A stretch of 19,320 nucleotides of DNA, from positions 1 to 19,320 of the forward strand of contig CAZJUB010000047.1 in the NCBI GenBank assembly GCA_964549075.1. The letters are read 5' to 3'. Position 1 is the stretch's first letter. Each line of letters starts with the position of its first letter. This DNA is from an uncultured archaeon (GTDB lineage: Archaea; Asgardarchaeota; Heimdallarchaeia; Heimdallarchaeales; Heimdallarchaeaceae). The position numbers and the translations under genes are program-made. Below the pieces are notes generated by a model. It had not been told where the DNA came from, ran no database searches, and saw only the letters and a list, made by a program, of their open reading frames with translations. This document shows, piece by piece, positions 8,322 through 16,781 of the stretch.

Positions 8322-9671
8322 ATGACTTACACTACAACTCATTTAGCATTACAGAGTTTAATCGTTTGGTTATTATTATCTAAACAGAATAAGAGTTACT
8401 ATAAAGACCATAGGTGGGAATATATTGTTATCAGTTTATTTGCTATGTTTCCCGATATAGACTTGTTATTTGGAGCACATCGAACTTTTACGCATAGTCT
8501 GATAATTCCTTCGTTTATACTTCTCAGTATGTTAGTAATTGAAAAAGTGCATAAAGAGGTAAGTCCAATTGAATCTCCTACAAGAAAAATGGTACGATTT
8601 GTAAAACTTGCTTCAATAATGTGGATAATGCATATCTTTCTAGATTTAAGTTGGGGGCCAATTATGCTTTTTTGGCCATTAGATTCTAACTTATATGACC
8701 TTTCTATTTACTTAAGATTTGAAAACACTCCATGGCTTTTCTTTCCTTTAACTTTTGTTGGTTTAATACCAGATTGGTCTATCTATTCATTATCTGAAGG
8801 ACAAAACATCTATTTCATCAACATGACCCAACAACAACGTCAAGCTATATATGGTGATTACATTAATTTATACATTGCATCATTTACCCTTCATGTTACA
8901 ATTTTTGTTGTGTGGCTTATTGTAATCTTCTTTCCAGCTTTCAAGAGAAAGAAGAGGAAACAGGATAATAAACAAGTGAAATTTGTTATATTTACCAAAG
9001 AGTTCTGGAAACGGTTAAAACGTCATATGACACTACTAGGACTTTTTTTGATTTTTATAGGAGTGCTGTTGGGACCTAGTATTGGGAATAATAAAGAAAT
9101 GGATCATACTGTATCTTCAAAATACAAGAGCACGCAAACTGATTTTGATCCTACATTGGGTGTTTCTATAGAAAGTAAAACTCATGCTAGTACCACTGTT
9201 GTGTTCTCTAGTGAGCAAAACCTAGTTGATTATAATGTCTCACTACTGTTGACAGATAATGATACCTTCATTAATTTCTTTACAGACTTTGGAAATTTAA
9301 CCAATGTTTATTATAATGGTAATATTACGTTTAATAACCTCTTAACAGGATATTTCTCACTTGTTACACAAGTAAAACTAACAAGTCTATATGAAGAACG
9401 ACTAATTAATGAGAATGTTATTAACGGTACTACAATTATTTTAAATGCTACAGAAGAAGCTACTTCTTTTTATCTCATTACTCTTGTTGACGAATGGAAT
9501 CTAACTGAATCCTATATTTATGATACATCTCTCAGTATAAAGTATAATATTAACAGGGATGTTGCTCAAATTGAAGGTGGAATACTAGACGGTTTTGGAT
9601 TAGTTTTGATTCTGGTTGATCAACTGTTAGCTCTAAAAGAAAAACGAATGAAAATTACTCCACCAACCTAG
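8322..9671 (+). CDS. Membrane-bound metal-dependent hydrolase (YdjM/DUF457-like) with extended C-terminal extracytoplasmic domain
   Basis: N-terminal TH, FPDID...HRTFTHS and HIFLD motifs typical of the YdjM/LexA-binding membrane hydrolase family; several hydrophobic helices; a ~160-aa soluble segment bounded by TM helices. Confidence 0.8.
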   Translation: MTYTTTHLALQSLIVWLLLSKQNKSYYKDHRWEYIVISLFAMFPDIDLLFGAHRTFTHSLIIPSFILLSMLVIEKVHKEVSPIESPTRKMVRFVKLASIMWIMHIFLDLSWGPIMLFWPLDSNLYDLSIYLRFENTPWLFFPLTFVGLIPDWSIYSLSEGQNIYFINMTQQQRQAIYGDYINLYIASFTLHVTIFVVWLIVIFFPAFKRKKRKQDNKQVKFVIFTKEFWKRLKRHMTLLGLFLIFIGVLLGPSIGNNKEMDHTVSSKYKSTQTDFDPTLGVSIESKTHASTTVVFSSEQNLVDYNVSLLLTDNDTFINFFTDFGNLTNVYYNGNITFNNLLTGYFSLVTQVKLTSLYEERLINENVINGTTIILNATEEATSFYLITLVDEWNLTESYIYDTSLSIKYNINRDVAQIEGGILDGFGLVLILVDQLLALKEKRMKITPPT

Positions 9672-10611
9672 AAGTAAGTTCAACTAAATCTGAGTTTTGA
9701 TGTAATTCTTCAAAAGAAACATTTGATAATGAAACTACTTCATCTACAAAAGATACTCTTCGAAATGTTTTAACATAGATGATTCTCAAATCAGGAATCT
9801 TCTGGATTACAGGAAGGGGATTCTTTCCCGTTGTCCTCTCTAAATCGCTTATAAGATAAATGATCTTTTCTCTTGAAGAACTGAATTTTATTTGATCTAT
9901 TGCAAGATTTAACGCTTCTTCTAGGTTGGTTTTTCCACCACTTTCGATGTTTAAAATTTGTTCTACTAATACATCATGATTAATACTTTCTGTCATACCT
10001 TTGAGAAGATAAGCTTTAGAATCAAAATCAATGACAGCAAAATTATCTTTTTTTACTGACAAAGAAAGAACAGAAGCCATCAAAACAATTTGGTGTATAA
10101 GCTTCAACACGCTCATACTGCGATCGATACAAATAACAATACTTTTCTTGCGTTTAAAAGGTTCTTTAGCTACAATACTCTCATAATCAGGAGAGAGTTT
10201 ACCAAGACTTAGCATCTTTTCTATTGTCATTTCAGCTTCCCATGAGTTACCTGGTTCATAATTAATATACCTAGAAACTGAAGAAGAAATACCTCTTTGA
10301 AAAATCTGTTTGGCTTTTTCAGTAATGAAAGGAATCAATTTATCAAGCATTCTCTTTCTGATTTCAAAATTTAGATGTTTTTTTGTACGAGAATAAAGTT
10401 GTATTAATTCTTCACTACTGAGATTTTCTAACATTTGTTCAGAAAGTTCGATTTTGTTGAGGACTTGAGCTACTACTATAGGATAGTTTGTTGCAATTAA
10501 TCTTAATCCTTCCAGATTTGTTTGCTCAGCAGCACGTTTAGCTAATTCTAAGATCCGAGACATATCCTCAACTTGTCTTCCTAGCTCTAGGTTAATCTCG
10601 TTAAGAAGCAT
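9655..10611 (-). CDS. von Willebrand factor A (vWA) domain protein, MoxR partner; reading frame is open upstream to 10707
   Basis: MIDAS motif VICIDRSMS (DxSxS), GGKTNL (Thr) and LISD (Asp); helical N-terminal region; lies directly downstream of the MoxR-type ATPase. The start is uncertain (see frameshift finding). Confidence 0.85.
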   Translation of the reverse strand: MLLNEINLELGRQVEDMSRILELAKRAAEQTNLEGLRLIATNYPIVVAQVLNKIELSEQMLENLSSEELIQLYSRTKKHLNFEIRKRMLDKLIPFITEKAKQIFQRGISSSVSRYINYEPGNSWEAEMTIEKMLSLGKLSPDYESIVAKEPFKRKKSIVICIDRSMSVLKLIHQIVLMASVLSLSVKKDNFAVIDFDSKAYLLKGMTESINHDVLVEQILNIESGGKTNLEEALNLAIDQIKFSSSREKIIYLISDLERTTGKNPLPVIQKIPDLRIIYVKTFRRVSFVDEVVSLSNVSFEELHQNSDLVELTSRLVE

Positions 10612-10679
10612 TCTTTCTGCATGCTTTGTATCCAGAGTTAGAAAAGGTTCATCCCCTAAAATTGAAGAAATAAGGTCGC

Positions 10680-11573
10680 CTAATTCTCTTTTTTTCTCAA
10701 AACTCTCTTATCATCATATTTTGAAAGAACCTTCGAAACTATTTCTATAATGATTTCATCTTCTGTCTTTCGACTAGTTGTTTTGCATCTTACTTTCCTA
10801 GAATGAACTGCTAGTGAATTAGCGATTAACGATTCTTCTTCAAGTACGTCCGTTCCATATACCAGACTTACTAATTGAATCGCTCCTCTTACAGTTGATC
10901 CATATTCTAGCTCTGGATGATTCAGAGTTGCCTCAACTATCTCACATGAGATTTTGTTAAGAAGTTCATCTTCAGAATTAGTTCTAAGTTTAACAATCTG
11001 CATCATTTCTTCTAATGATTGGTGAGTAACATTAATCCACACGCATCTATCATAGAATGCTTTTGGTAAAGGATTGGTTGCAACTGTATCATGTGGATTG
11101 TATGTAAAAACTCCAATAAACCCTTTTTTAGCCTTAATCTCACCTAATTGAGGTATAGTAATTAGATTTTCATCTAAAGCTGTTAAAACAGCATTAATTG
11201 TCTCTGATGGTGCTCTGTTTACCTCATTATAGAAGAAAATTCCACCTTCTTCCATTGCTTGAGTTAATGGACCTGGTATGAAAGTTTCTCTTGAGAATCC
11301 TTTTTCAATAACTAATGGAGGATCATACCATCCTTTCAGCTTAATCGAAGTTAAACTGTCATCACCATCAACTCGAATAAACAATCGATTAAGACTACTA
11401 GCTAAAGCTTTTGCCATCTCAGTTTTACCTGTACCTACTGGTCCTTCTATAATGATAGGTAATCCTTTTGCAACTGCTTTTATCATTAGTTTTAATTCTT
11501 TTCTTCTCCCTATTATTAATCTAGACATTTGATTAAAAGCTTCTATTGATTCGGTGTCTTTTTCCAACATCAA
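10680..11573 (-). CDS. MoxR-family AAA+ ATPase (AAA_5-like)
   Basis: IIGR N-terminus, Walker A GPVGTGKT, FIPGPLTQAM, Walker B variant FFYNEVNRA, sensor TYNP, Arg finger YDRC, sensor-2 STVRGAI. The likely start is ATG 11570 (11573 is TTG). Confidence 0.9.
   Translation of the reverse strand: MMLEKDTESIEAFNQMSRLIIGRRKELKLMIKAVAKGLPIIIEGPVGTGKTEMAKALASSLNRLFIRVDGDDSLTSIKLKGWYDPPLVIEKGFSRETFIPGPLTQAMEEGGIFFYNEVNRAPSETINAVLTALDENLITIPQLGEIKAKKGFIGVFTYNPHDTVATNPLPKAFYDRCVWINVTHQSLEEMMQIVKLRTNSEDELLNKISCEIVEATLNHPELEYGSTVRGAIQLVSLVYGTDVLEEESLIANSLAVHSRKVRCKTTSRKTEDEIIIEIVSKVLSKYDDKRVLRKKEN
10689..10695 (-). other. Candidate -1 frameshift/slippage site A_AAA_AAA linking the MoxR and vWA frames
   Basis: Minus strand reads TTG AGA AAA AAA GAG AAT TAG in the MoxR frame. 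The -1 frame, GAG AAA AAA AGA GAA TTA GGC GAC..., has no stop before vWA ATG 10611. Confidence 0.6.
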
Positions 11574-11707
11574 AGATAGAAAAGATAGAGAAATTAAAAC
11601 TGTTATTGTATATGATAAAGAAAAGATGAGAGATTTTTATCTAATTCTGTGGAAACTTATTTCCAAAGTTAAAAACAAACAAAATTTTAAAAATCCAGAG
11701 TCACAAT

Positions 11708-12274
11708 TTAGACCTTTAAAGCACCTCGAAATCCCCTAGCACTGTAGTAAGATGGTGCACTATTGTGATATACGAAGACTTTGCCATAACGATAATCAGC
11801 AAAGAGTGCTCCTCCAAGTTTTCTGATATCATCAGGTGTTTTCAACCAGCTTGATGTCTTTGTATCGAACTCTCCAAGTTTTTGCAACTCTCGATATTGC
11901 TCTTCTGTTAAAAGCTCAATTCCCATAGTTGTTGCCATGTTAATAGCACTATTTTCTGGTTTATGTGCTTTCCTTGACTCTAGTGCTTCATGGTCGTAAC
12001 AAACATTTCTACGACCTTCAGGGCTTTCTTCTGAACAATCATAAAAGATGTATTCATCTGTTTCTTTATTATAACCAACAACATCAGGTTCACCACCAGT
12101 TCTTTCCATTTCATTAAGTGACCAGAATTTTTCAAGATTAACTTCCAGTTTTGCTCTTATTTTACCCCATTCAAGGTCTTTGTGGCGATTCATATTTTTC
12201 TCAAAACGAATTTTTAAAACATTAAGTTGTTTTTCACGCTGTTCTGCTGACATCTCTTCTTTTCCCTTGGACAT
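11708..12274 (-). CDS. DUF4256 family protein
   Basis: Recognised from memory of family motifs: RFEKNMNRH, LNEMERTGGEPDVV, DCSEESPEGRR, GIELLTEEQYRELQ, FDTKTSSW, IRKLGGALF, VFVYHN..SYYSARGFRG. Confidence 0.88.
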   Translation of the reverse strand: MSKGKEEMSAEQREKQLNVLKIRFEKNMNRHKDLEWGKIRAKLEVNLEKFWSLNEMERTGGEPDVVGYNKETDEYIFYDCSEESPEGRRNVCYDHEALESRKAHKPENSAINMATTMGIELLTEEQYRELQKLGEFDTKTSSWLKTPDDIRKLGGALFADYRYGKVFVYHNSAPSYYSARGFRGALKV

Positions 12275-12337
12275 GAATAAAATAATATAAATCTGTTTTA
12301 TATACTCTAATGTTTTACAAAAAATGGGAAGAAAGAG

Positions 12338-13723
12338 TTATTTTATTTTATGGAAACAATTCCTTTCTACAAATAAATCTATCTTGTCATTTTCTTTAAT
12401 TTCAAAATGTACAGGTAACGTATTTCCAAAATTGTAGACATAGAATTTATAATCCTCCATCTTTGGATCTTTTGGAATAAGCACATACCTTGTAGTTATC
12501 TCTCCAAGGGTTGTTTCACCAACAAGTATCCCATTATCAACGAATATCTTGATTTTATTTAATCCTTTATAGTTTGTATACTCTCCAGATAATTTTTCCA
12601 TCCTTGCTTGAATTCCAAAGAATGGTATTTCCTTCTCTGGATTTTTACCTATAAGAGTGCTTAAAATTGTTTGACTAATTATGATACCCATTCCATTTCC
12701 AACATTAGCTTCAGTCACCATCCCCATGTTAAGTTCAGGTATAATAGAAAATTGAGCGCTAGATAAAGCTGTAGACCCACCATGTGATACGATTTTTTGT
12801 CCAAAAAAGTCTTCAGAAATAGCTAGACCAAAACCATACCCACTTCGTCCTAAGAAATTTACTGGAGTTTCAATCTGAATAGAGAACATTTCTTGAAGTG
12901 ATTCTTTACTAACAATCCTCTTTCCATCAAATTCTCCATTATTCAGCAACATAATCAGAAAATTGCTCATCTCATTTACTGAGCTAAGTAAACCTCCAGC
13001 AGCATAGATAAAATGATCAAAAGGATGTTTCTTGACTACAGGTGTATCTTTTTCGATTAAATATGCTGTCATCTTATCCTCATCTTGGGAGAATTTCTCT
13101 TCGGAAAAGGTAGATCTTTCCATCTTTAATGGTTTTAATATAAATTCTTCGATGTAATCTTCAAATTTCATAGAACTTACAGCTTCAACAATCTCTCCTA
13201 GCATTGTAAACCCTGAATTGAAGTAGAAATACCTCTTTCCAGGTTCATCTGTAATTTCATTTTGAGCACCATTTATAAAAGTAAAAAAATCGTCTTTACT
13301 AGCGAACGGAATCCAAGTTTCTTCTATAGGTGCATGTCTCGTTATCAACACTGTAGCTGCACCTAGGTTTGGTAAACCTGATGAATGTGACATTAAATGT
13401 CGAATTTTAATTGGATGATTTTTTAGACCTATCTTGAGGGGAATATATTTACTAACAGGATCATCTATCGATAATTTACCTTGTTCTGCAAGTTGCATTA
13501 TAGCTAAGCAAGTAAATACTTTTGTGCAAGATCCTATTCCAAAAATTGTATCTGAAGTAGTGGGAAGATTTTCTGCTAAGTTTTTACTTCCAAAACCCTT
13601 TGAATAAATAACTTCTTTATCTTTAATAATTGCAAGGCTTAATCCAGGGATCTTACCTTTCTGCATAAATGTTACAATTTTCTGTTCAATCTCTTCAAAC
13701 GACTTATCCAACATATCTATCAA
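12338..13723 (-). CDS. Serine hydrolase, beta-lactamase class C-like / Pab87 (CubicO) peptidase
   Basis: IPGLSLAI, SxxK (GSCTK), LMSHSSG, YxN (YFYFNSG), AAGGLLSS, HGG triad. The ~95-aa C-terminal beta domain ending FVERNCFHK resembles the Pab87 oligomerisation domain. Start is TTG 13723 or ATG 13714. Confidence 0.88.
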   Translation of the reverse strand: MIDMLDKSFEEIEQKIVTFMQKGKIPGLSLAIIKDKEVIYSKGFGSKNLAENLPTTSDTIFGIGSCTKVFTCLAIMQLAEQGKLSIDDPVSKYIPLKIGLKNHPIKIRHLMSHSSGLPNLGAATVLITRHAPIEETWIPFASKDDFFTFINGAQNEITDEPGKRYFYFNSGFTMLGEIVEAVSSMKFEDYIEEFILKPLKMERSTFSEEKFSQDEDKMTAYLIEKDTPVVKKHPFDHFIYAAGGLLSSVNEMSNFLIMLLNNGEFDGKRIVSKESLQEMFSIQIETPVNFLGRSGYGFGLAISEDFFGQKIVSHGGSTALSSAQFSIIPELNMGMVTEANVGNGMGIIISQTILSTLIGKNPEKEIPFFGIQARMEKLSGEYTNYKGLNKIKIFVDNGILVGETTLGEITTRYVLIPKDPKMEDYKFYVYNFGNTLPVHFEIKENDKIDLFVERNCFHKIK

Positions 13724-13768
13724 CTTATTATCTTTGAATCTAATTCATCGATAAACTTTTAAGACTTT

Positions 13769-13923
13769 GGTGAGCAACATGTTTTAGAGTACTGATGTTA
13801 AAGAATGAGCGACAGAATAAAGTCAATTGTTATACACTTTTAGTGGATACTGTCGCTTTTGGTCCAATTAGCTAAGTATAAACAGAAAAAACACCAATGC
13901 TCAAAACACATTCTGTTCTCATC
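13769..13923. repeat. Long imperfect inverted repeat with nested internal stems (candidate structured RNA or MITE-like element)
   Basis: GGTGAGCAACATGTTTTAGAGTACTGATGTT (13769-13799) pairs imperfectly with AACACCAATGCTCAAAACA..TGTTCTCATC (13890-13923). A perfect inner stem is formed by AGCGACAG (13808-13815) and CTGTCGCT (13850-13857). Confidence 0.5.
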
Positions 13924-14043
13924 CTTTTTCTGTAAAAAACTGATTGAATCGCTTGTTTACAAATTCTCTCTATCCTATTGGAGATTTTCGATTTTGAACC
14001 AGGAAAGACATGTAAACCAACTAATTATAGGAGTTAGAAACAA

Positions 14044-15276
14044 ATGTTAACACAAACAAGTGTCCAGGAACTAACTAAAAACCAAATTATTCACAAGAAT
14101 AAGTGGTTGTTCATCTTAACTAAATTGGACCTGACATCAATGGTTGTTCCTGTAATAGTTAAGATTTGGGAATCTGCAAATCTAAGTTTCAGCAATATGC
14201 TATTCCTTCAAGGAATCTTCGCCTTATCTGTAGTTATCTTCGAAATTCCGAGTGGGGCAATCTCCGATGCTTTTAAACGTAAATATGTTTTAGCATCTGG
14301 ATATCTGTTCCTTGCTATTGGTTCGTTAACATATTCACTAGGGCATACTTTCATAATGTTTGCAATAAGCGAAACACTCTTCGGAATAGGACTAGCAACT
14401 ATATCTGGATCAGATTCAAGTTTAGTATATGATACTCTAGCAGAATTTAAAGAAGAAAAACAATTTAAATCAATACTTGGAAAAGCTTCAACTCTATCCT
14501 TTATTGCTGCAATGATTACTTTGATGGTTGCTGGTGTGATAGGAGAATATTCACTCAGATTACCTTTGTATATTCTAACAGGTACCTTTGTAGTCAAAGT
14601 GATTCTATGTCTTCAAATGGTTGAAATTGAAAGAATCAAAGCTAAAAATGCTGGAAGTGCAACCAAACAGGCATTTCAAACTCTATTCAAATCAAAATAC
14701 TTAATTGCAGTATTATTCGCATTCCTAGCTTATTCGGTTGCTCAACGTGTGACGTTTTGGGCATATCAGCCAAAATTGTTTGAATATGGAATTACTCCTT
14801 TACATATCGGTTTCATATTCGCAGGTATGAATCTTGTTGCTGCAGGATCAAGTTATTTGTTTGGTAAAATAAATGAAAAACATGAAGATTTGATGTTACT
14901 TGGCTTTATGATCATTGAGATTGTTAACACTATTGTGCTTTGGAAAATTGACAACCTCGGAATTTTATCAACCATATATCTAGTCCAGATCGCTAGAGGA
15001 GGTAGAGCTCCTATAGTGGGAACCATGATTCAGAGAAAAGCAACATCTGAACAAAGAGCGACCTTAATATCTATATATTCATCACTTGGAAACTTACTTT
15101 ACTTTATAGCCAGTGTTTTCTATAACTTATACACTGTTTCACTTGACAACTCATTAATTTCTGTGCTAGTGCTTTCTCTTGTGTTTCTAGTCATCTATTC
15201 TACCTTGATCAGAAGTAATAGAAATGGAATTAAAAAAATAAAAGAAGAGAAGATTAAGGAACTTATTCCTTCTTAA
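14044..15276 (+). CDS. MFS transporter
   Basis: About 12 hydrophobic segments; FEIPSGAISDAFKRK (MFS motif A variant), SGSDSSLVYD, QRATLIS; AGGAG ~10 nt upstream of the ATG. Confidence 0.9.
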   Translation: MLTQTSVQELTKNQIIHKNKWLFILTKLDLTSMVVPVIVKIWESANLSFSNMLFLQGIFALSVVIFEIPSGAISDAFKRKYVLASGYLFLAIGSLTYSLGHTFIMFAISETLFGIGLATISGSDSSLVYDTLAEFKEEKQFKSILGKASTLSFIAAMITLMVAGVIGEYSLRLPLYILTGTFVVKVILCLQMVEIERIKAKNAGSATKQAFQTLFKSKYLIAVLFAFLAYSVAQRVTFWAYQPKLFEYGITPLHIGFIFAGMNLVAAGSSYLFGKINEKHEDLMLLGFMIIEIVNTIVLWKIDNLGILSTIYLVQIARGGRAPIVGTMIQRKATSEQRATLISIYSSLGNLLYFIASVFYNLYTVSLDNSLISVLVLSLVFLVIYSTLIRSNRNGIKKIKEEKIKELIPS

Positions 15277-16720
15277 TAGGAATTATTCCTTCTTCTTTTA
15301 ATATCAATTTTGCAGGTTTTACAAGTAGAATAATAACCAAACCAACTAGCATGATAGCTCCGACAACTCCAACAGCAAATGCATATACTTGATTAAGAGC
15401 TAAGCCAACTGTTGTAAGAGCGATTATAGCTCCCCAAATAATCGGTCCTATCGAAGATGATACTTTTCCAGAAAGTTTACTAAAACCAAAATATTCACCA
15501 AATTTCTCTTTAGGAGCTAGTTCAAGAACCATGTATCTTTGTGCCACCCATGTTCCACCTAAAGCTGGACCAGCAAGTAATCCCATAATTATCACCATTA
15601 CGAATGGGAATGTCCATCCTCCTGTCCCACCTAACATTGTTGGAACTTCAATTGGAGACCACACTAGAGTAGCTATTATAGATATACCAAGAGCCACAAA
15701 CCATAATGAACAAACTAGAATGAATGTCGCTTTTGCACCTTTTTTATCTGCAAACATTCCGACTGGGTAAGTAAAAAGAACAGCTGAAACTGTAGCTATA
15801 ATGATGAAGTAATTTGCGAATGTATAATCCATCCCCATTCCATCAGTTACTATTAATATCATTTTTATTATAACTACATTCGCTACTTCAACTACAAGAA
15901 AATATCCAATGATAAATTTGAACATCTCTTTGTGTCCTCTTATATCCTTGAAAGTTTCCCCTAGCTGTTTAAAGGAAGTTTTTATTGCCATTTTAGCTGG
16001 AGGTGCTTTTTCTGATCTTTTTCTCTCCTTTACAAATATGAACGGTATAGCAAAAACCAGGAAAATCGCCATAGCAATTGCAAAAGTTTCCCATCTACCT
16101 AAATAACCATATTTCACAGGAGGGGGATTAAGGATAATATTCCCTAAATCAGTAGTTGTCGATGAGACGCTCCTGGGAGATCCCCAAAAGCTTTGTAGGA
16201 CCAGCATTGCAGCTAAACCTAAAATTGTTCCTAAATAGCCAAAAGCAACACCAAAACCACCTACCTTACCCGCATGTCTTGGAGCCGCAATAAAAGGTAA
16301 CATCGCATCATAGAACCCAAGACTCCATTGATAAGCCATATTAGCTATTACATAAAGCAATAAAACCAACCACATGCTATGCCATATACCTAATAAACTT
16401 GCGAAAATCAAAATGACGCCTGTAAGTACGATAACAAAAGGTTTTCTTCTTCCAGCAACATCACTTAATGCACCAACAATAGGCATACCTATAGCTATGA
16501 TTATTTGCATTACCATAACAACAGTATCATAAATAAATTCAGATTGAGCATAGTTTAATCCATTTTCTAATTGTCCAATAATCAGAATATATTGGTTGAT
16601 TATTAACGATACAATCACCATCGAGTAAACAGTATTTGCTAAATCATAAAGTGACCAAGCAAAAACATTCCAGAGTGAAGTTTTAGTTTCTACATGAACT
16701 TCCGCCAATTCTTCAGACAT
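15263..16720 (-). CDS. MFS transporter, UMF1/Atg22-like family
   Basis: WSLYDLANTVYS, GALSDVAGRRK, FYDAMLP, GVAFGYLG, GMFADKKGAK, EKFGEYFGF..LSGK; about 12 TM helices. Confidence 0.88.
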   Translation of the reverse strand: MSEELAEVHVETKTSLWNVFAWSLYDLANTVYSMVIVSLIINQYILIIGQLENGLNYAQSEFIYDTVVMVMQIIIAIGMPIVGALSDVAGRRKPFVIVLTGVILIFASLLGIWHSMWLVLLLYVIANMAYQWSLGFYDAMLPFIAAPRHAGKVGGFGVAFGYLGTILGLAAMLVLQSFWGSPRSVSSTTTDLGNIILNPPPVKYGYLGRWETFAIAMAIFLVFAIPFIFVKERKRSEKAPPAKMAIKTSFKQLGETFKDIRGHKEMFKFIIGYFLVVEVANVVIIKMILIVTDGMGMDYTFANYFIIIATVSAVLFTYPVGMFADKKGAKATFILVCSLWFVALGISIIATLVWSPIEVPTMLGGTGGWTFPFVMVIIMGLLAGPALGGTWVAQRYMVLELAPKEKFGEYFGFSKLSGKVSSSIGPIIWGAIIALTTVGLALNQVYAFAVGVVGAIMLVGLVIILLVKPAKLILKEEGIIPIKKE

Positions 16721-16781
16721 GAAAACCTTATAAAACTAGCCATTTAAAAAATTATTCCAAATTTCATTTGCAAAAGAAGTA

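Noticed and set aside
11572-11590. Tandem AAAGATAGA repeat just upstream of the MoxR start
   Set aside because: Two 9-bp copies in purine-rich, low-complexity sequence; not distinguishable from chance.
11278-11739. + strand ORFs 11278..11532 and 11554..11739
   Set aside because: The first is antisense to MoxR. The second is a short AT-rich ORF overlapping both neighbours on the opposite strand, with a GTG start and no motifs.
13781-13807. GTTTTAGAG...TGTT...GAATG resembles a type II-A CRISPR repeat
   Set aside because: Single copy, no repeat-spacer periodicity and no cas genes in the window; better explained as one arm of the inverted repeat.
13859-14050. 63-aa ORF upstream of the MFS gene as a possible leader peptide
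   Set aside because: TTG start, no RBS or motif, overlaps the inverted-repeat arm; the MFS gene has its own AGGAG.
14208-16106. ORFs 14208..14597 (-), 15531..15770 (+) and 15909..16106 (+)
   Set aside because: Antisense shadows of the two MFS genes.
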